A DNA stretch of 63,540 nucleotides, counting the filler, from Bigelowiella natans CCMP2755 (taxonomy: Eukaryota; Protista; Cercozoa), in NCBI GenBank assembly GCA_000320545.1. It is 5 parts of 5 records of this genome, joined end to end, with 100 filler letters (N's around TTAATTAATTAA, not from the genome) between each part and the next. Parts side by side here need not be neighbours in the genome. Positions count along the whole stretch, not along the records: positions 18,942 to 44,295 come from ADNK01000928.1; positions 44,396 to 49,164 come from ADNK01000654.1; positions 49,265 to 58,622 come from ADNK01000168.1; 2 more parts are not named here. One strand, written 5' to 3'. Position numbers and translations under genes: made by a program. Below, in pieces: positions 39,633 through 53,212 of this stretch. Below the pieces are notes generated by a model that was not told the origin of the DNA, made no database searches, and saw only the letters and a list, made by a program, of their open reading frames with translations. Each line of letters begins with the position of its first letter. Positions within the stretch are counted from its first letter, which is position 1.

Positions 39633-41066
39633 CTGGTGCTGGGTTATGCATGTAGCTGAGGGCGTGGGCGCGGAAGGCCAGGCGCTCATAGACGCAGAAG
39701 AGATCCTCCTCCTGCGTTTCGAACCTCAAGATCTTGCAGTTGTTGAGCAAACCAAAGAAAATGCCTCTACACAGGCGCACGGCGACTGCAGAACCCCCCC
39801 CTTCTTTCTCAACGATTGCTAGAATAGAGGATAGGAAGAATGCTTTTGCAGCCGACACACGGTCTTTTGACACTGCGATGCTATGCGGGGAGGAGGAAGG
39901 GGTGCATGTTGCGGAATGAAGATGGAAACTGTCGGGAGCACTGACGAGATCATTGGCAGAGTTGGTCGAAGACCTGTTTCTCTGCAAGAAAATTTCCTTC
40001 AGCAGAGCCAAGCCCTTTGCCCTTTTCAGGGGAATCACTGAGGCCATGAAGGCAGGACGATCGTCAAGGCTCGGTGTTAACCGAGGCCGTCGGCGTGGTT
40101 TGACATGTTTATTACAGCTACTCCTACGTTTGGTGGATATTGTAGCAGATATCGTAATTGGCAAAGGGATAACCGGGTCCTCCTCTTGAACTCTTCCATT
40201 CGGTTTTCCCTTCGCTTCAACCGTTACAACTGAAGGGGCACAGGCCGCCTCCCGGCGCTTGACAGGAGAGTGAAAAAGGATGTTGTTTATTTTTGACTGT
40301 AAATGCGCCGCGTCTTTCCGTGCATTTTGCAGCCGCTCCTTCTCCTCGTTTTTGTCTCCCTTTCCACTCTTTTCGTCTTCCCTCTCCTTTTCACAACTGA
40401 GCGCGAGGGCTTCGCGTAGGCTGGCCAGCAAGAGGCAAATAGTGGTGATCCGTTGCTGCCCATCGATGAGGAGGATGCGACCTTCACGCGTAGCTGTGAG
40501 AATCCGACCGAATGAATGCGGCCTTGCACATCTGTATGAGACGTCCCCGTTTGCACTGCTCACTGCACGCACGTCTTTCAGAAACTTGCTAAGCACCTAC
40601 GTTGTGTAACAAAATCGGGTAGCAAATCGATATTTTAGGCAGTTTTCCTTCCTCATTCCCCTGTGGCTACTGCGCCAATCTATTACTACCCGTGATTCCT
40701 AAATGCGATTTTCCACCACCCACACACCTGGCGGCCCCAACAATAGCGTCGTTGTAGGAGCGGTATGTAAATGTTCGTCCCGCCCGTGTCCAACGTCTTG
40801 CGCACCGTCTCAAAAGCGCAGTTTCCCGAGCAAATGATGTTCGGATTCGCGTTACGAACGTTCATTCCCAGCCCGCACGGAGCCCGCTTCTCGTCGGCGA
40901 GTTCCCGTAGAACCGGTAGGCGATGGTGTATCGGCCTGTTGGATTGTGTGTCCTCCTCGTCCGGGGATTTCTCGGATTTGCCTTTCTTCTGCGATCTATT
41001 TATAGCATTGCTCTCGGAGATTCCCTCGAGATCCTGGGCGCTTTGTCGAGACTTTTTCCAGCGCAT
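38671..41066 (-). CDS. DUF262 (GmrSD/SspE N-terminal, ParB/Srx-fold) domain protein with two spliceosomal introns
   Basis: complement(join(38671..39382,39632..40596,40728..41066)) is 2016 nt, 671 aa, with GT-AG introns in frame. Motifs IPLLQRRYCW, LLIDGQQRITT and VYERL...GMQLAEADLVKNFLL. Confidence 0.88.
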
Positions 41067-41817
41067 TTCAAGATTTCCAGTTGGATTTCACAGGATTTCT
41101 ATTTCTTTCTTGACGGTGAGGAGATATTTTTCGGATATTTCGGGTATTGACGGGACTGAGTAACTGAGTATCTGTCTCAGGACGGGGCTACGCAGCTAAA
41201 CCTATCAAGGTGACACTTTTGGGAAGAAATGTATCGGAAATATCCGGGTGTTTTGCTTGTGAACTACCCAGCCACATAATTTGACGCAGCAGCCAGTTCC
41301 AAGTCCGCATGCAATTGGGAATTTTTTAGAAATAAAATGTTAGATATTTTATGGGTAAGTGTGTTCACTAAAATGTGCTCTTCATTCAGGACGAGCTGGC
41401 ATTTCGTGCTCAGATCCCATCAAAAATCAGTTGCGGCGCTGCGGCCGTTGTGCAACGCGCTAAATCAAATTATATGAAGCAAATTACGATGTCGCTTCAT
41501 ATAAATAGGGTGTAATTTGTGAATTTAGCCTGTCACAAAAAGGACTGAAATTCTTACGCGCAGCCAGAATCTAATCCGAGAGAAAAGGTGCCCCCCTCCG
41601 CCTTGATTCCCGCTTGTCAACATTCTTGCTGGCTCGCCCACATTTTTGGAAACAAGCGCTGAAATACAGGCAAGGGCGGTTGCAAAAACAGCTGTCTGCC
41701 ATTCACTTCTCTACATGATTCTCGACGGAATCTAAGTGTGTGGTACTTCCTCTTGGATTCATTGCGGTTTTCGCTGTTGTTTGTGCGAGCAGACCTCGGA
41801 ATTGGTCTCATCACGAT

Positions 41818-42206
41818 ATGCCGGCAGTAAATTCCAAGGAAGAGAAGAAAGACACCTTCTGGAGTCGTATCGGCGCCGACGCTGTCGCGGTATGGCTTTC
41901 ATACTAAACCGCAGTCATCATTCGACTATGGAAGGAAATTCAGAGTCTCCATGATTTCTGCTATTTTTCTCCCCCCCCCCCCCCCTCTGTTTTTCGACTG
42001 GCTCAACATGCAATTGGTTTGAACTCCTCTCTGTTTCATGGTTGAAAATAGGCGTATATCGCGGGGGCAGCTGTCGCTCCTGTCATCACCGCTGTGGACC
42101 GGGGTCTGGCAGAGAACGCATCCGGTATTATTATTATCAACAAATATACTCTTCCTCTCGCTCCTTCTGTTTTAACTCTTGTCTATCATACTCGCCCTTC
42201 CCCTCC

Positions 42207-42247
<41 letters not shown>

Positions 42248-42713
42248 TCTCTCTCTCTCTCTTTCTCTCTCAAATAGGTAAAGCACCGCTTGTGCAGTCG
42301 TTCATGACCTCGATGAAGGTCTGCCATAATTTTTCCAACTGCAAAGGGCATGTATCGGAGCACGCTTTTCGTAACACCCCTCTAACCCCCCCCCCCCCCC
42401 CCCCCTCTCTCTCCCTACGTGTGCGTGTTTTTGTACGCACGTATTGATGCACGCACATTGTATCCTCCTCCGCTCACATAATTGCCATTCTTATGATCAA
42501 ATGAATCATCGTCTCGGATTGTAGTCCTTCGTCACCCGGCCGGTTTCCTTCGTGGCATCGCCTCAATTCTTCTGGATTTGGCTTGTGTATGGCAGTACCT
42601 ACTTCGCAGCCAACGCGTGCCAGACTTATTGCGACCGAAAGAAGAAGGACGTGGCGCTTCCAAAGCTAATGTAGGAAGAGGCCGGAGGGTGGGGCGGGGA
42701 GCGTGTTCCTATG

Positions 42714-42784
<71 letters not shown>

Positions 42785-44017
42785 GAAGGTGGTGATATAT
42801 GCTTTTGGAGACGTTATCCATCTAGAAGGCTGTGTCTCAGATATCACCATTCTTCCTCCCTCCCTCCCTCCTTCCCCATCTTCCCCCGCCCCCCCTCTCT
42901 CTCCGGGGCCCACCCACACACACCTTCTACTAATCCCCTCTCACCTGCCTCCTTCCTCTTCTTTTCCGCCAGGTCCACATTCGTCGTAAATACAACCACG
43001 TGCATCGCTAAAGATAGGGTATGAGTCGTTAGCCTGATGCTGTACTACACAACGGGGGGGAGGGGGGGAGGGGGGGAGGGGTGCATTTCATCGATGTGCC
43101 TATGATGCCATCAGTGGCAATGCTCTTTCAATATGAGGCCCTTTGACAGCAAAGACTAGTTTTCCTGCTATCAAAATCCATGCATCCTTCTTCTTCTCCT
43201 TCTCCTCCTCCGCATTCTTACTCTTCACCTGATTCGTTTTGCGCAACATGGAATCAGGCCTTTGCTAAGATGTTTGGGACGAAGGCTGCGGCCCCCATCC
43301 CACCCATGTCCTACGCAATCTGGTACTTGCATGATTGACCTCCTCACTGCGGAGGAAGATCAACCGATGACAAAACGAATAGTGTTTGCAAATATTTTTC
43401 GCGTCGCCATTCTTTGGCATAATCGCCATCGTACTGAAGATTGATGACGGGGGTCTTCCGGCTCAATGTTCAGATTTTATAGAAGTAAATGGGGTGGGGG
43501 GGATTGCGCACGGCCAGCACGCATGTGATGAGATGGTGATAAATAGGCTTGGACGAGACATCCTATCCATGGGGGTCTTCTTCACTCTTCCTCCCATTGC
43601 TGGGAAGAAGATTGCAGAGGTAAGCTTGTGATGACGATGGTGGTGGTGGTGGTGGTGGTGGTGATGATGATTGAATACACATACTCGATTGTCTCCCTCC
43701 TCACCCTCTGCATTGTTCGTCGTGTCTGCTACTTACTACCAGGTGACAGGGAATGAAAGAAGTGGGTACTACATGGCGCAATTCTTCTGCCCTCTGGTAG
43801 GAAGCAACATCCAGCAAAAAGAAGAAGAAGACGAATAGAGGAGGAGGAGGAGGAGGAGGGGGAGGAGATTCGAGGATGATAATGATGATGATGGTGGTGG
43901 TGATGATAATAGTGGCAATGACGAATGTCGCAACGGCCTTCATCGTTAGGTCTTCCAAACGTTTCTGACCCCAATCCACCTGCTCGGCTACGACGTGTAC
44001 AACAACCCGAATAATAC
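41818..44017 (+). CDS. mitochondrial-carrier-like membrane protein, multi-exon (3' partial)
   Basis: Exons read AYIAGAAVAPVITAVDRGLAENASGK, SPQFFWIWLVYGSTYFAAN, FVVNTTTCIAKDRAFAKMFG, AQFFCPLV and QTFLTPIHLLGYDVYNNP. This matches a conserved uncharacterised protist/fungal carrier-like family. Confidence 0.7.
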
Positions 44018-44083
44018 GGTATGGTGCTGAGCAGCATGGCATGTTTATATACAAATTTTGATGTATGTTTTCTTTACATTCTT

Positions 44084-44119
<36 letters not shown>

Positions 44120-44295
44120 CATATCACACGCAAGAGTAACACGCAATAGCGGTAGTAGTAATCAACATTGATCTATGACCGTGACGCTGGAGCAAATCAT
44201 CGGCGATTTCGCCATTAATTCTTCCCGAAATGTGAGCCTCGGATTGCAACGCACTAACGGCAGACTGCCGTCGCTAGCATCATCATCATCATCAT

Positions 44296-44395
44296 NNNNN
44301 NNNNNNNNNNNNNNNNNNNNNNNNNNNNNNNNNNNNNNNTTAATTAATTAANNNNNNNNNNNNNNNNNNNNNNNNNNNNNNNNNNNNNNNNNNNN
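44296..44395. other. artificial contig spacer
   Basis: 44 N + TTAATTAATTAA + 44 N. Confidence 0.97.
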
Positions 44396-44427
44396 ATTTT
44401 TATGTCCCCCACCTGGTGATCCATCTT

Positions 44428-44459
<32 letters not shown>

Positions 44460-44675
44460 CCTCGTACCGTGGATCGACATTTCCTCGAAGGTTCCACTGT
44501 CAACAAAGTGGTAATCCTTGCCGTCGATCTAATTTAATATATTAAAAAGAGATGGATCGACAGAGAGCGGGGAGGAAGGGGGAGGGTTCGCGAGACTTCT
44601 GAGCGAAGCAAGGGAAAATTCGAAGGAGAACCTCAATATGTCAACAGCACACAGCTGCAGTCAAAGCAAAGAAAT

Positions 44676-44721
<46 letters not shown>

Positions 44722-44988
44722 GGAGAGAGATTGTAGCAAACAGTTCGGAAGGAGCATTTCTCTAGGCATCATCGCCTCAGTGGGAATCGATTGGCCGACT
44801 GATTCACTACAAAGACGAATGGTTGTGTGCGTAGCACCTCTCCAGATCGCGGCTCTCTCGTCGTGTGTGACACGGCGACTGCGAACATGTTCGGATATCT
44901 ATGCACACAACAAGCGCACACAGACAAAAGAAGGAGGTGGCGAGGAAGCTTTAGTGAGCCTCAAGAACAGCAGGAGTAACTAATATAT

Positions 44989-45025
<37 letters not shown>

Positions 45026-45156
45026 GAATTTTACTGATTAACAGCGATGTTTTTGGTGTTTGAACCGGACTTTTTCTTGAGGGTGGCGAGAATGGTGCCC
45101 TTGCCAACGCCTGAGGGACCGCATATCACCACCACGCTCGCCTGTGTATCGTCCAT
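44396..45156 (-). CDS. gmk: guanylate kinase (3' truncated)
   Basis: Exons read MDDTQASVVVICGPSGVGKGTILATL (P-loop), YPNMFAVAVSHTTREPRSGE and IDGKDYHFVD, which are GK signature motifs. Confidence 0.9.
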
Positions 45157-45331
45157 ACACCAGGCACAGAGAAGAAAGAGCGGCGGAATGATGATTTGTG
45201 AGATGAATGAGGCAATTTAAGAAGGACGACTGTCACATTTTGTTGTCGCCATTTAATCGTTTGTTCTCAAAGCAGTCTATCCGCACATATAAATAATATA
45301 CAATGTTCAGTGTGCAGTTCTTGCTACCTCG

Positions 45332-45520
45332 TTAGAGATCGGCTTCGGTCTCCCCGCCGTGAGCTTTAGGAGCGCTTTTGCATTGGTGCCAAAGTGGCGC
45401 CTCACCCGTTTTAATCGGTTCATTCTGAGCGATCGTGTTTAGGAGGAGAGGAAGAGGAAGAGGAAGAGGAAGAGGAAGAAGAGGAAGAGGAAGAAGAAGA
45501 AACACAAAATTAATTTCAAT

Positions 45521-45560
<40 letters not shown>

Positions 45561-45616
45561 TTATCTATATGTATGTGTAAAACAAAGTTCATTTCTCCTC
45601 TCTCCCCCCCCTCCCC

Positions 45617-45677
<61 letters not shown>

Positions 45678-46014
45678 AGAATGTGAGTGTGTGTGTGTGT
45701 GGGTGTGGGGCCTTTAATATAGGAAAGAAGTGAGTAAAAAGGTGTATGGAGAATACTATACACAGCGCGCAAAACAAGACCTACAGCTCCTCAAACGCCC
45801 CTCCCCCTATTGAGATTTGAAGATTTAGAAGAAGAAGAAGAAGAAGAAGAAGAAGAAGAAGGAGAGAGAAAGAGAGAGGGAGAGAGAGAGAGAGAAAGAG
45901 AAATAAAAAGATGCGTTTACAAAGAGCGCGTGTGGTGAGCTGGACATTCACCACCATCACGACGACGACGGCGACAACAACAACAACAACAACAAAACAA
46001 TGCAGCGAATACAG

Positions 46015-46050
<36 letters not shown>

Positions 46051-46863
46051 TATCGGCAGGATGCCGCTGCTGCTGCCTTCTTTTTGAATTTGTTCCTCAC
46101 CAGACTGGTCCCGATCGATGGACTGGAAGATCCTCGTGCAAAGGTCGTTCACCTGACGACGAAATAAAGCCAACGCCGAAGGAAACAAGCGATTAGTATC
46201 ACTGTTTCTTTTTATCGTACCAAGGGCGCTTGCCGAGTAAACAAGCCCCCCCCCCGCCCCCCTGCCTTTGCAGCGTCTATCCTGCCCTCACTGCCTCAAG
46301 GACATTGTCATCATCATCATCATCATCATCATTATCATCATCATCATCATTATCATCATCATCATCGCCGCGACCATTGTTTTGTCCTTTATCCTGGTAA
46401 TCAAGAAGCTCTTGAACTCTTCCACAGAGAGCTCTGCTCGCAACAACCACGCAGCAGTGAGGAACAAATGGCAGTAGCAAGTGACCACAAAGTCAGAAGA
46501 CGGCCAGCACGACGAGAACCGTAACACGGCGCAAGATGTACGCGACGCTCAAAAGGAGCAGGAGGTGGGGGGGGGGAGGGAGGCAGGGCACAGAGCCGTT
46601 GACCGACACTCGCCACCATCCCAATTCGCAGTAAACATGCACGAAATGGAAGGCCAGCAGAAAAACGATAAATCCCCGAATGCTGCCCCAACGGTGTAGT
46701 CGACCCACCTCCATCGTCGTTTTTGTCTATCTTCCGGAAATGGCGGTGGATTTGGCGAATAACGCACAGCATCTGCATGCGGATATACTCCACCACAAAC
46801 TCGTCAGCATCGACAAATCCTGTGAGTAGTTATGCGATTTGTGTTCGCCGCCGCCGCCACAGT

Positions 46864-46903
<40 letters not shown>

Positions 46904-47628
46904 GTGTGTGTGTAGCAGCTTGTGGACGTACAGTTATGGCGAAATCATGGAGGATTGAAGGAGTTGGTTTCTCCCCATTCCCCCTTCCTCCCCCTCCCCC
47001 TCCCCCCTCGTTCCTCTCACCATTTACAATCAGTACCACTATTGTTGGAATCGGCGATTTTGAAGAAATTGGCCGCGCGAATTCTTGCCACGCGCGTCTT
47101 GAGACCGGATTCCTGCGTGTGCATGCACGAAGCATCTTTGCGTGAGTATTTGTATAAGCGTGTGGCGATAAATCTGCCGCGACTTTCCCACGGATTAAAA
47201 AACCGATGATTTACGTTCTGTGACGTATTGTCGTGATGCGAGGCAAGGGGATTAGATGATCGGTCTTAGTGGGTGGGTGGGGTGGAGGGGGGGGGGATGG
47301 GGTGAGGAAAATCTGGAACTTCTTCAAGAACCTGTAACACATTTGCAAGCTCGCTCTGCGACACCTGTGTACAGTCAAGAATCACGAATGGACGACAAAG
47401 ATTCAGGTGTGTGTGTGTGTGTGTGTGTGTATGTGTCTGTGTGTGTCGCGTTGGAGATTGTCACAATGAGAACGCAATAGGGAGAAAAGGGTTAGGGGCT
47501 ACTTCTATCCCATCCTACCTTGCCGTCCTTGTTCGCGTCGACATACTCGAATTTGGTACGTAGCGCCGAGATGTTGATGTCAATCGCAGGCAATTCGAAC
47601 GGAGAAGTTCTGTCGGATTTTGACACAC

Positions 47629-47670
<42 letters not shown>

Positions 47671-48965
47671 GTGCGCGCATACGCATCAGCATATGTATTA
47701 AGTACTCTGGTACAATGCGTGGGCTGAGCTTGCATATTTCGCGGTTGAGTTCAGCTCATCGGCGACAACGACAGCGACGCGCACAGTGTGCGTTCTCAGG
47801 GAGGCTCTCTTCTTCTTCTTCTTCTTCTTCTTCTTCTTCTCGATTCCAAGATTTTGTATGAACAATACCGAATCTTACGTAGAGCCTTCTTCTTCCTATC
47901 GACCCTGGCCTCACGCATCTTATGATCTTGCTTTTCCTTCGTGACATTCAGCATTAAGTGAGGAACGTCAGCCTCCTCGAAAGATCTCATCATTCCTGCA
48001 GATACGGCACATTTCAACTGGTTTCTGTGCGTGTTTGAGTGCGTGGGCGTGTGTGTGTTTGTGTTGCGTGATGTTGGTGAGCATTGGTGCATTCTTGAGG
48101 AGGAATTGGAGTGAAGTCATATTGCTGTGCCGTTTCTAAAAGTGTTTGTGCGTGTGTTGGGTGGTGAGTAGTTACGCTTCTGTCGCTCGCTCAAGGCAGC
48201 CTCGATGGTCCCCCAGACGTCTTCATTCACCTAGTTGTGCATGCGCGTGAGTGTGTGCGTGCGTGCACGTGTGCCTCCTCTCTGTCGCAGTTCCTTTGTT
48301 GCATCTTGATGTCGGGCACATATGCGTTGACGGGAGGGGGCACCCCCTAGCGTCAGCATCGAAGCAGCAGCGGCGCGTATGCCGAGGGAAGTATGCTCTA
48401 GAGGCCTATCTTACACTGATCATGCATACTTACAGACACCTGTTTGCGAGTGCGTGTGTGTGCTGTGTGTGCTGTGTGCGTTGTGTGCCTCGAGTTCGCG
48501 AACTACTATCACGTACCCTATCCCTAATCTTCATCGCACACGCAACGGAGTATCGCCTCGTCGCTCCGTTGAAGCAGACCATTCCACTCTTCAGCGCCTT
48601 GATAAAGAGCTTTAGTTTGGGAGACAGGGCGGGGAGAGGGGAGGAGGAGGAGAAGGAGGAGGGGGGTTAGATACTGGCTTGAAGGAAACAGGAAAGAAAC
48701 TAAATTTGATCGGAAACAAATCATAAAGAATTGGAAAAAATAGGTTTTATTGCTAACGACGTCCAAGCAGGCCATTGACGACGCCATGTGCATCCATATG
48801 CATGTATAAAGTGCACACATGCGCGCAACGGGTTAAGTATTTTCTGTGTCCCATGCAGAGCTATGAGTGGACTTGAGGCTGTTGCCCCCCCCCCCCCTAC
48901 CGGCGAGTGCTTTTGGATCTTCTCGGTGCCACAGGTCATAGCGATAACGTAGAGATAGCTCTGCG
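45332..48965 (-). CDS. multi-EF-hand calcium-binding protein, multi-exon (5' partial)
   Basis: Exons read LRTKFEYVDANKDGK, FFKIADSNNS/GFVDADEFVVEY, HFRKIDKND, ELSVEEFKSFL and IFQSIDRDQS. Confidence 0.7.
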
Positions 48966-49164
48966 GCGGGATTAAAGGGAACCAAAAAGACACGGGTAAA
49001 GGAGAGCCATAACAGCATACAACACAGCTCGCACGCGTACACGTAGACAGGAGAGAAAGTTCAAAAGACAGAGGGGGGGGGGGGGGGGAGAACCCCTGCC
49101 GGGACCAATTGGTATTTTGACTTGCGTTTGTGCCAAACCCCCTCCATCTGGGTGAAAAGACAGT

Positions 49165-49264
49165 NNNNNNNNNNNNNNNNNNNNNNNNNNNNNNNNNNNN
49201 NNNNNNNNTTAATTAATTAANNNNNNNNNNNNNNNNNNNNNNNNNNNNNNNNNNNNNNNNNNNN
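49165..49264. other. artificial contig spacer
   Basis: 44 N + TTAATTAATTAA + 44 N. Confidence 0.97.
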
Positions 49265-50001
49265 TGCTGCTATTTGCGCGGACGATGACAACGCTATTTG
49301 GCAGGTACTATACCGGGTGCTTAGACCCTGCGGTCTCCGACGGGGGGGCGGGAGAAGAAGGGCTACTGAGCGGCGGCGTTGGCAGAAACATCTCAATTGC
49401 GGACATCGCTCTGCAGGACAGTGAAGGCGCTCTTCAGTACTCGCAAATTCAAAACGTAGTTTATGCTGCAGCTGCTTTCTTTTTCTATGTGCTGTGCGAG
49501 TTTTCGTACGCGGGCGCGTGTGTATGTGGGTGTAGCGATCAGCTCGTGTCGGCTTTCGCCAAGAGGTAAGAATATCTTGAAAGAATACGCGCTGGTTGGC
49601 TCTCTTGTAAAGCAATGGCGCTCCCTGATGTCGTCTACTCCTCCTCCTCCTTCTTTTTCAGCTCTGGCTGCGGTTCTCCGATTTCTTCTTGTCCTGTCGG
49701 CACTGTGGCGTGGAGCGGAGGCACCAAGTCATTCAAACCTGCGGTGGGATATATTCTCTCTCTTCAAATAGTCTTTGATTGTTGCGCAGGGAGCTGCATC
49801 ATTGCGAGTGTACACTCTGTTTTTCCCTCGCAGCTCTTCTCATCGCTTTCTCTTCTCTCGCCACAACCCGCAGGCATAAAGGACACCGACACACGATACC
49901 CGGGGACATGCTCAAACCAGTGCGCAAGGAGCTTCGTGCCCTTTTATCACCAATGCCTGCAGGTGTAGCTCTTCTCTAGAGAAGCGCGCAGCTTTGTTAG
50001 T

Positions 50002-50046
<45 letters not shown>

Positions 50047-50051
50047 CCTCC

Positions 50052-50090
<39 letters not shown>

Positions 50091-50525
50091 TTTGAGTGTG
50101 CGTTTGCTTCCTCCCCTTTTCCTTATTAGCACCAAATAGAGTACCTTCCTGAGATCGTCCGAACTGCCGCCGATAGCTTTCACACGAGGTTGAATGTGCT
50201 TGTGGGGCGTCGCTAGCTCTGCCCAGCACTTTGCATCATCTTTCTATCCTCCGATGACGGCCACTGCGCCGTCGTCGTTTTGATATAAACACCCCTCTCT
50301 TCGCGCCGTTCCTTCAAATGGAAGAATGACGAGATGGAGGAGGCAAAGAACACAGCCAAGAGAGTTGAGCAGATCGTAATCGCTGCACTCCCCGCCTCAC
50401 CATCCTGTCGCTGATAATGACCGTTGCTTTTGCCGTCAGATGCCTTCGCTGCTCCGAGGACAAAATGCCAGAGATCATGGAAATTTGTGAGGTAGTAGGC
50501 AGCCAGCAGCTGCGCCACACTTGCG

Positions 50526-50558
<33 letters not shown>

Positions 50559-51005
50559 TTACACTTACACTTACACTCACACTCACACTCGCGCACTCTG
50601 CTCCTTAGGTCGATGGATTTGGTGGATTCGCCCAATGCTCGTCCAAGTGCGCCGACGCGCTACTCCCGTAATTAAAACGACTTCACACTCATCATCCCCA
50701 TCAACCAAGGGACAAGAAGAAGGGGAGGAAAATATATATATACACATGCGCGCATACGGCGCGCGCGCGGGGGGGGGATTGACAATGGGGAATGATTATT
50801 TGGCTGGTCTGTACAGATACATCGACGTCTGCAAGCTGGAGCATCGAAAGACTCCAGGAATCTCGAGTTTCGTCAAACGATGTCACAAAGCGGTGGGATT
50901 CGTTGTAGTAGTAGCAGGAGTAGTAGTAGAAGTAGTAGCGACAGCATTGAAACAATATTTTAAGTACACAAACACACACAATATTTATATGATTTATACC
51001 ATATA

Positions 51006-51051
<46 letters not shown>

Positions 51052-52197
51052 TACGGTTCATGAATGAAACCCATCCTCTGCTGCTGTTGCTGGTGGTGGA
51101 TGTCACGACGACGATAGATCCTGGCGAGGGAGGAGCAGAAGAAGGCGATCGAAGAGCAGCTAACAACGAAGCAGAGAGACATCGCCCAGCAGCAACAAAA
51201 GCAGCAGCTCGAGGTGCTGCAGGCCCGGAAGGCCGCGCAAGCTGACAGGTCGGTGAGTGTCACTCTGCGGCTCAGGAGGAGCTTCTCGGGGGTGCAAAAG
51301 GCATTGGTCAGATTCCGAAAGGTACAACCCGTCCGCCATCGTCCACTCACCATCGTAGTATTTGCGCGGGGAGATGCTGCGTGGTAGAGCCCGGAGATCG
51401 AGTGGGCAAAGGAGTAGTCCATTGTCCCGCCGTGCTTTTCACTCCTCCCTTTGTTCCTTTCTCCTCCTCCTCCTCCTCCTTAGACGTTTCGCAGAGAGCT
51501 TGCTGCGGTCTTGGACATCCCTTCCAGGCGTGTGCACATTGCGAAGGTAACAAGTGGGGTGTACCACCACCACCACCACCAGCGTGGATACTGCTCTTCG
51601 GGGAAAGAGGGAGCGCGGAGGAATGACCCTGTCGTTGTTGGTTTTTAGACCGGGGCACGATTTGTCAATTAGTTGCAGATGCTGCTGCTATTATTGTCTC
51701 TTCATGCCGCCGAGATCAGCATGCTTAACCGAGTCCCTGAAACCTATCTTTTCTTTTTTCTTCTCCGCCGTTCGTGTGGTCTCCAGGTCGGGGGAAATAC
51801 GAGCCATGTCGATGTGAGTATCACTCTGCTCAAAGTCCCGCCCGGCTCCTACGAGGTAAGCGCTGCTTGGCGATCTTCGTTTGCCTGTGATGACTACTTC
51901 CCGTACTTGACAAAACCATGTATATATGTGTTTTTATATGTGTGCTTTAATGTAAATGCTTTCGTATGCATGCAGGAGCAACCTGCTTTGAAGGTTCTCC
52001 AGAAGTTGGCGGCCGATATCGAAAACGACCAAAGCGAGTTATACACTGCTTTATCATTTGGGTGAGCTGCGTAGGAAAGACAGGGAATTTCATCTGTTAT
52101 TTGTGTATAAATTGATTCGTTTCACTGATGACCGGGATTTTTTAAAGACAAGCTTTCCGCAGGCTTGCCCTTGGGAGAAAGAGAAAGATATATATTA

Positions 52198-52259
<62 letters not shown>

Positions 52260-53212
52260 GGGGGAGGGGAGAGGATGGGCTCCGCGCCTGACGAATGGTG
52301 TTGGCTGGTCACAGGTCCGCAATCGATAGGGAGTTTGGTTTGCTGAGAAATGGAAGTCCCATGGATATCGAAGACGACAAAAGCGAGTCAGAACCTCAGT
52401 TGAAGGAGGAAGAGGGGGGTGGCGAGATGAATCAGCTGAACGTAGTCAACACCACCAAATCCAGCGATGAGGTGGGTAGCTACTCCAAAGCAGCATCCGC
52501 TCACATGCATCACCACCACCACCACCAGCAGCAGCACAAGAACCAGCAGGAAAGGGGTTCGGTGCTCGCAAGAGCTACTACTACGCGGGCGGCGAAGAAC
52601 AGCTCCGTCAGCAGCTCCCGTCACGCAAGAAACCAGAAGCAAAAGCAACCAGAACGGCAGCCACCACCGCCGCCGCCGGCGCCGCCCCTTCAGCTGCACG
52701 CTGCGGCTTTAAAAAGGACAGTACCAGAGGTGAAAGCGGAACCGCCGACAAATCGAAAGATTTCTCCCCATCCTCCCCGCGCGGCAGTAGAATCAGACGC
52801 TGCGAGGAGGAGGAGGCCGGCGATTTCCCCAGCGTCAGTTGTAGTCTCAAACACAAACGGGAACACGAGGAAACCCAAGATCAAGACCGAACGGGTGTCC
52901 TTGGTACATGAGAAAGACAGGGATAGAGCAGGCCAAGAGGCAATTAAAAAGGCGGCAGCACGCGCTGACGAGAGGAATAAGCGGCTATTGGCTCAATGGG
53001 ATGGACCGCCAAATTTTCGCCAGGTCAACTTCATGCAGAACAGCCGTGATAGTAAGGGCATGATCGAGAGGAAAGCGGGGGACAAACAAACGACCTATGA
53101 AGTGCGTGCAGTTGCAGATTACAAAGACAGAGATAACACTGTAACGAATGACGGCACAGTCGACGATGTCTTTCAAGGTGCATATGAGGAAGGAGCTCAA
53201 CAGGTAGCATAA
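49265..53212 (+). CDS. uncharacterised multi-exon protein with Cys-rich, coiled-coil and disordered regions (5' partial)
   Basis: Candidate exons read TCSNQCARSFVPFYHQC, QCSSKCADALLP, ILAREEQKKAIEEQL...EVLQARK and FRRELAAVLDIPSRRVHI. The long terminal exon is about 52315-53212. Confidence 0.5.
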
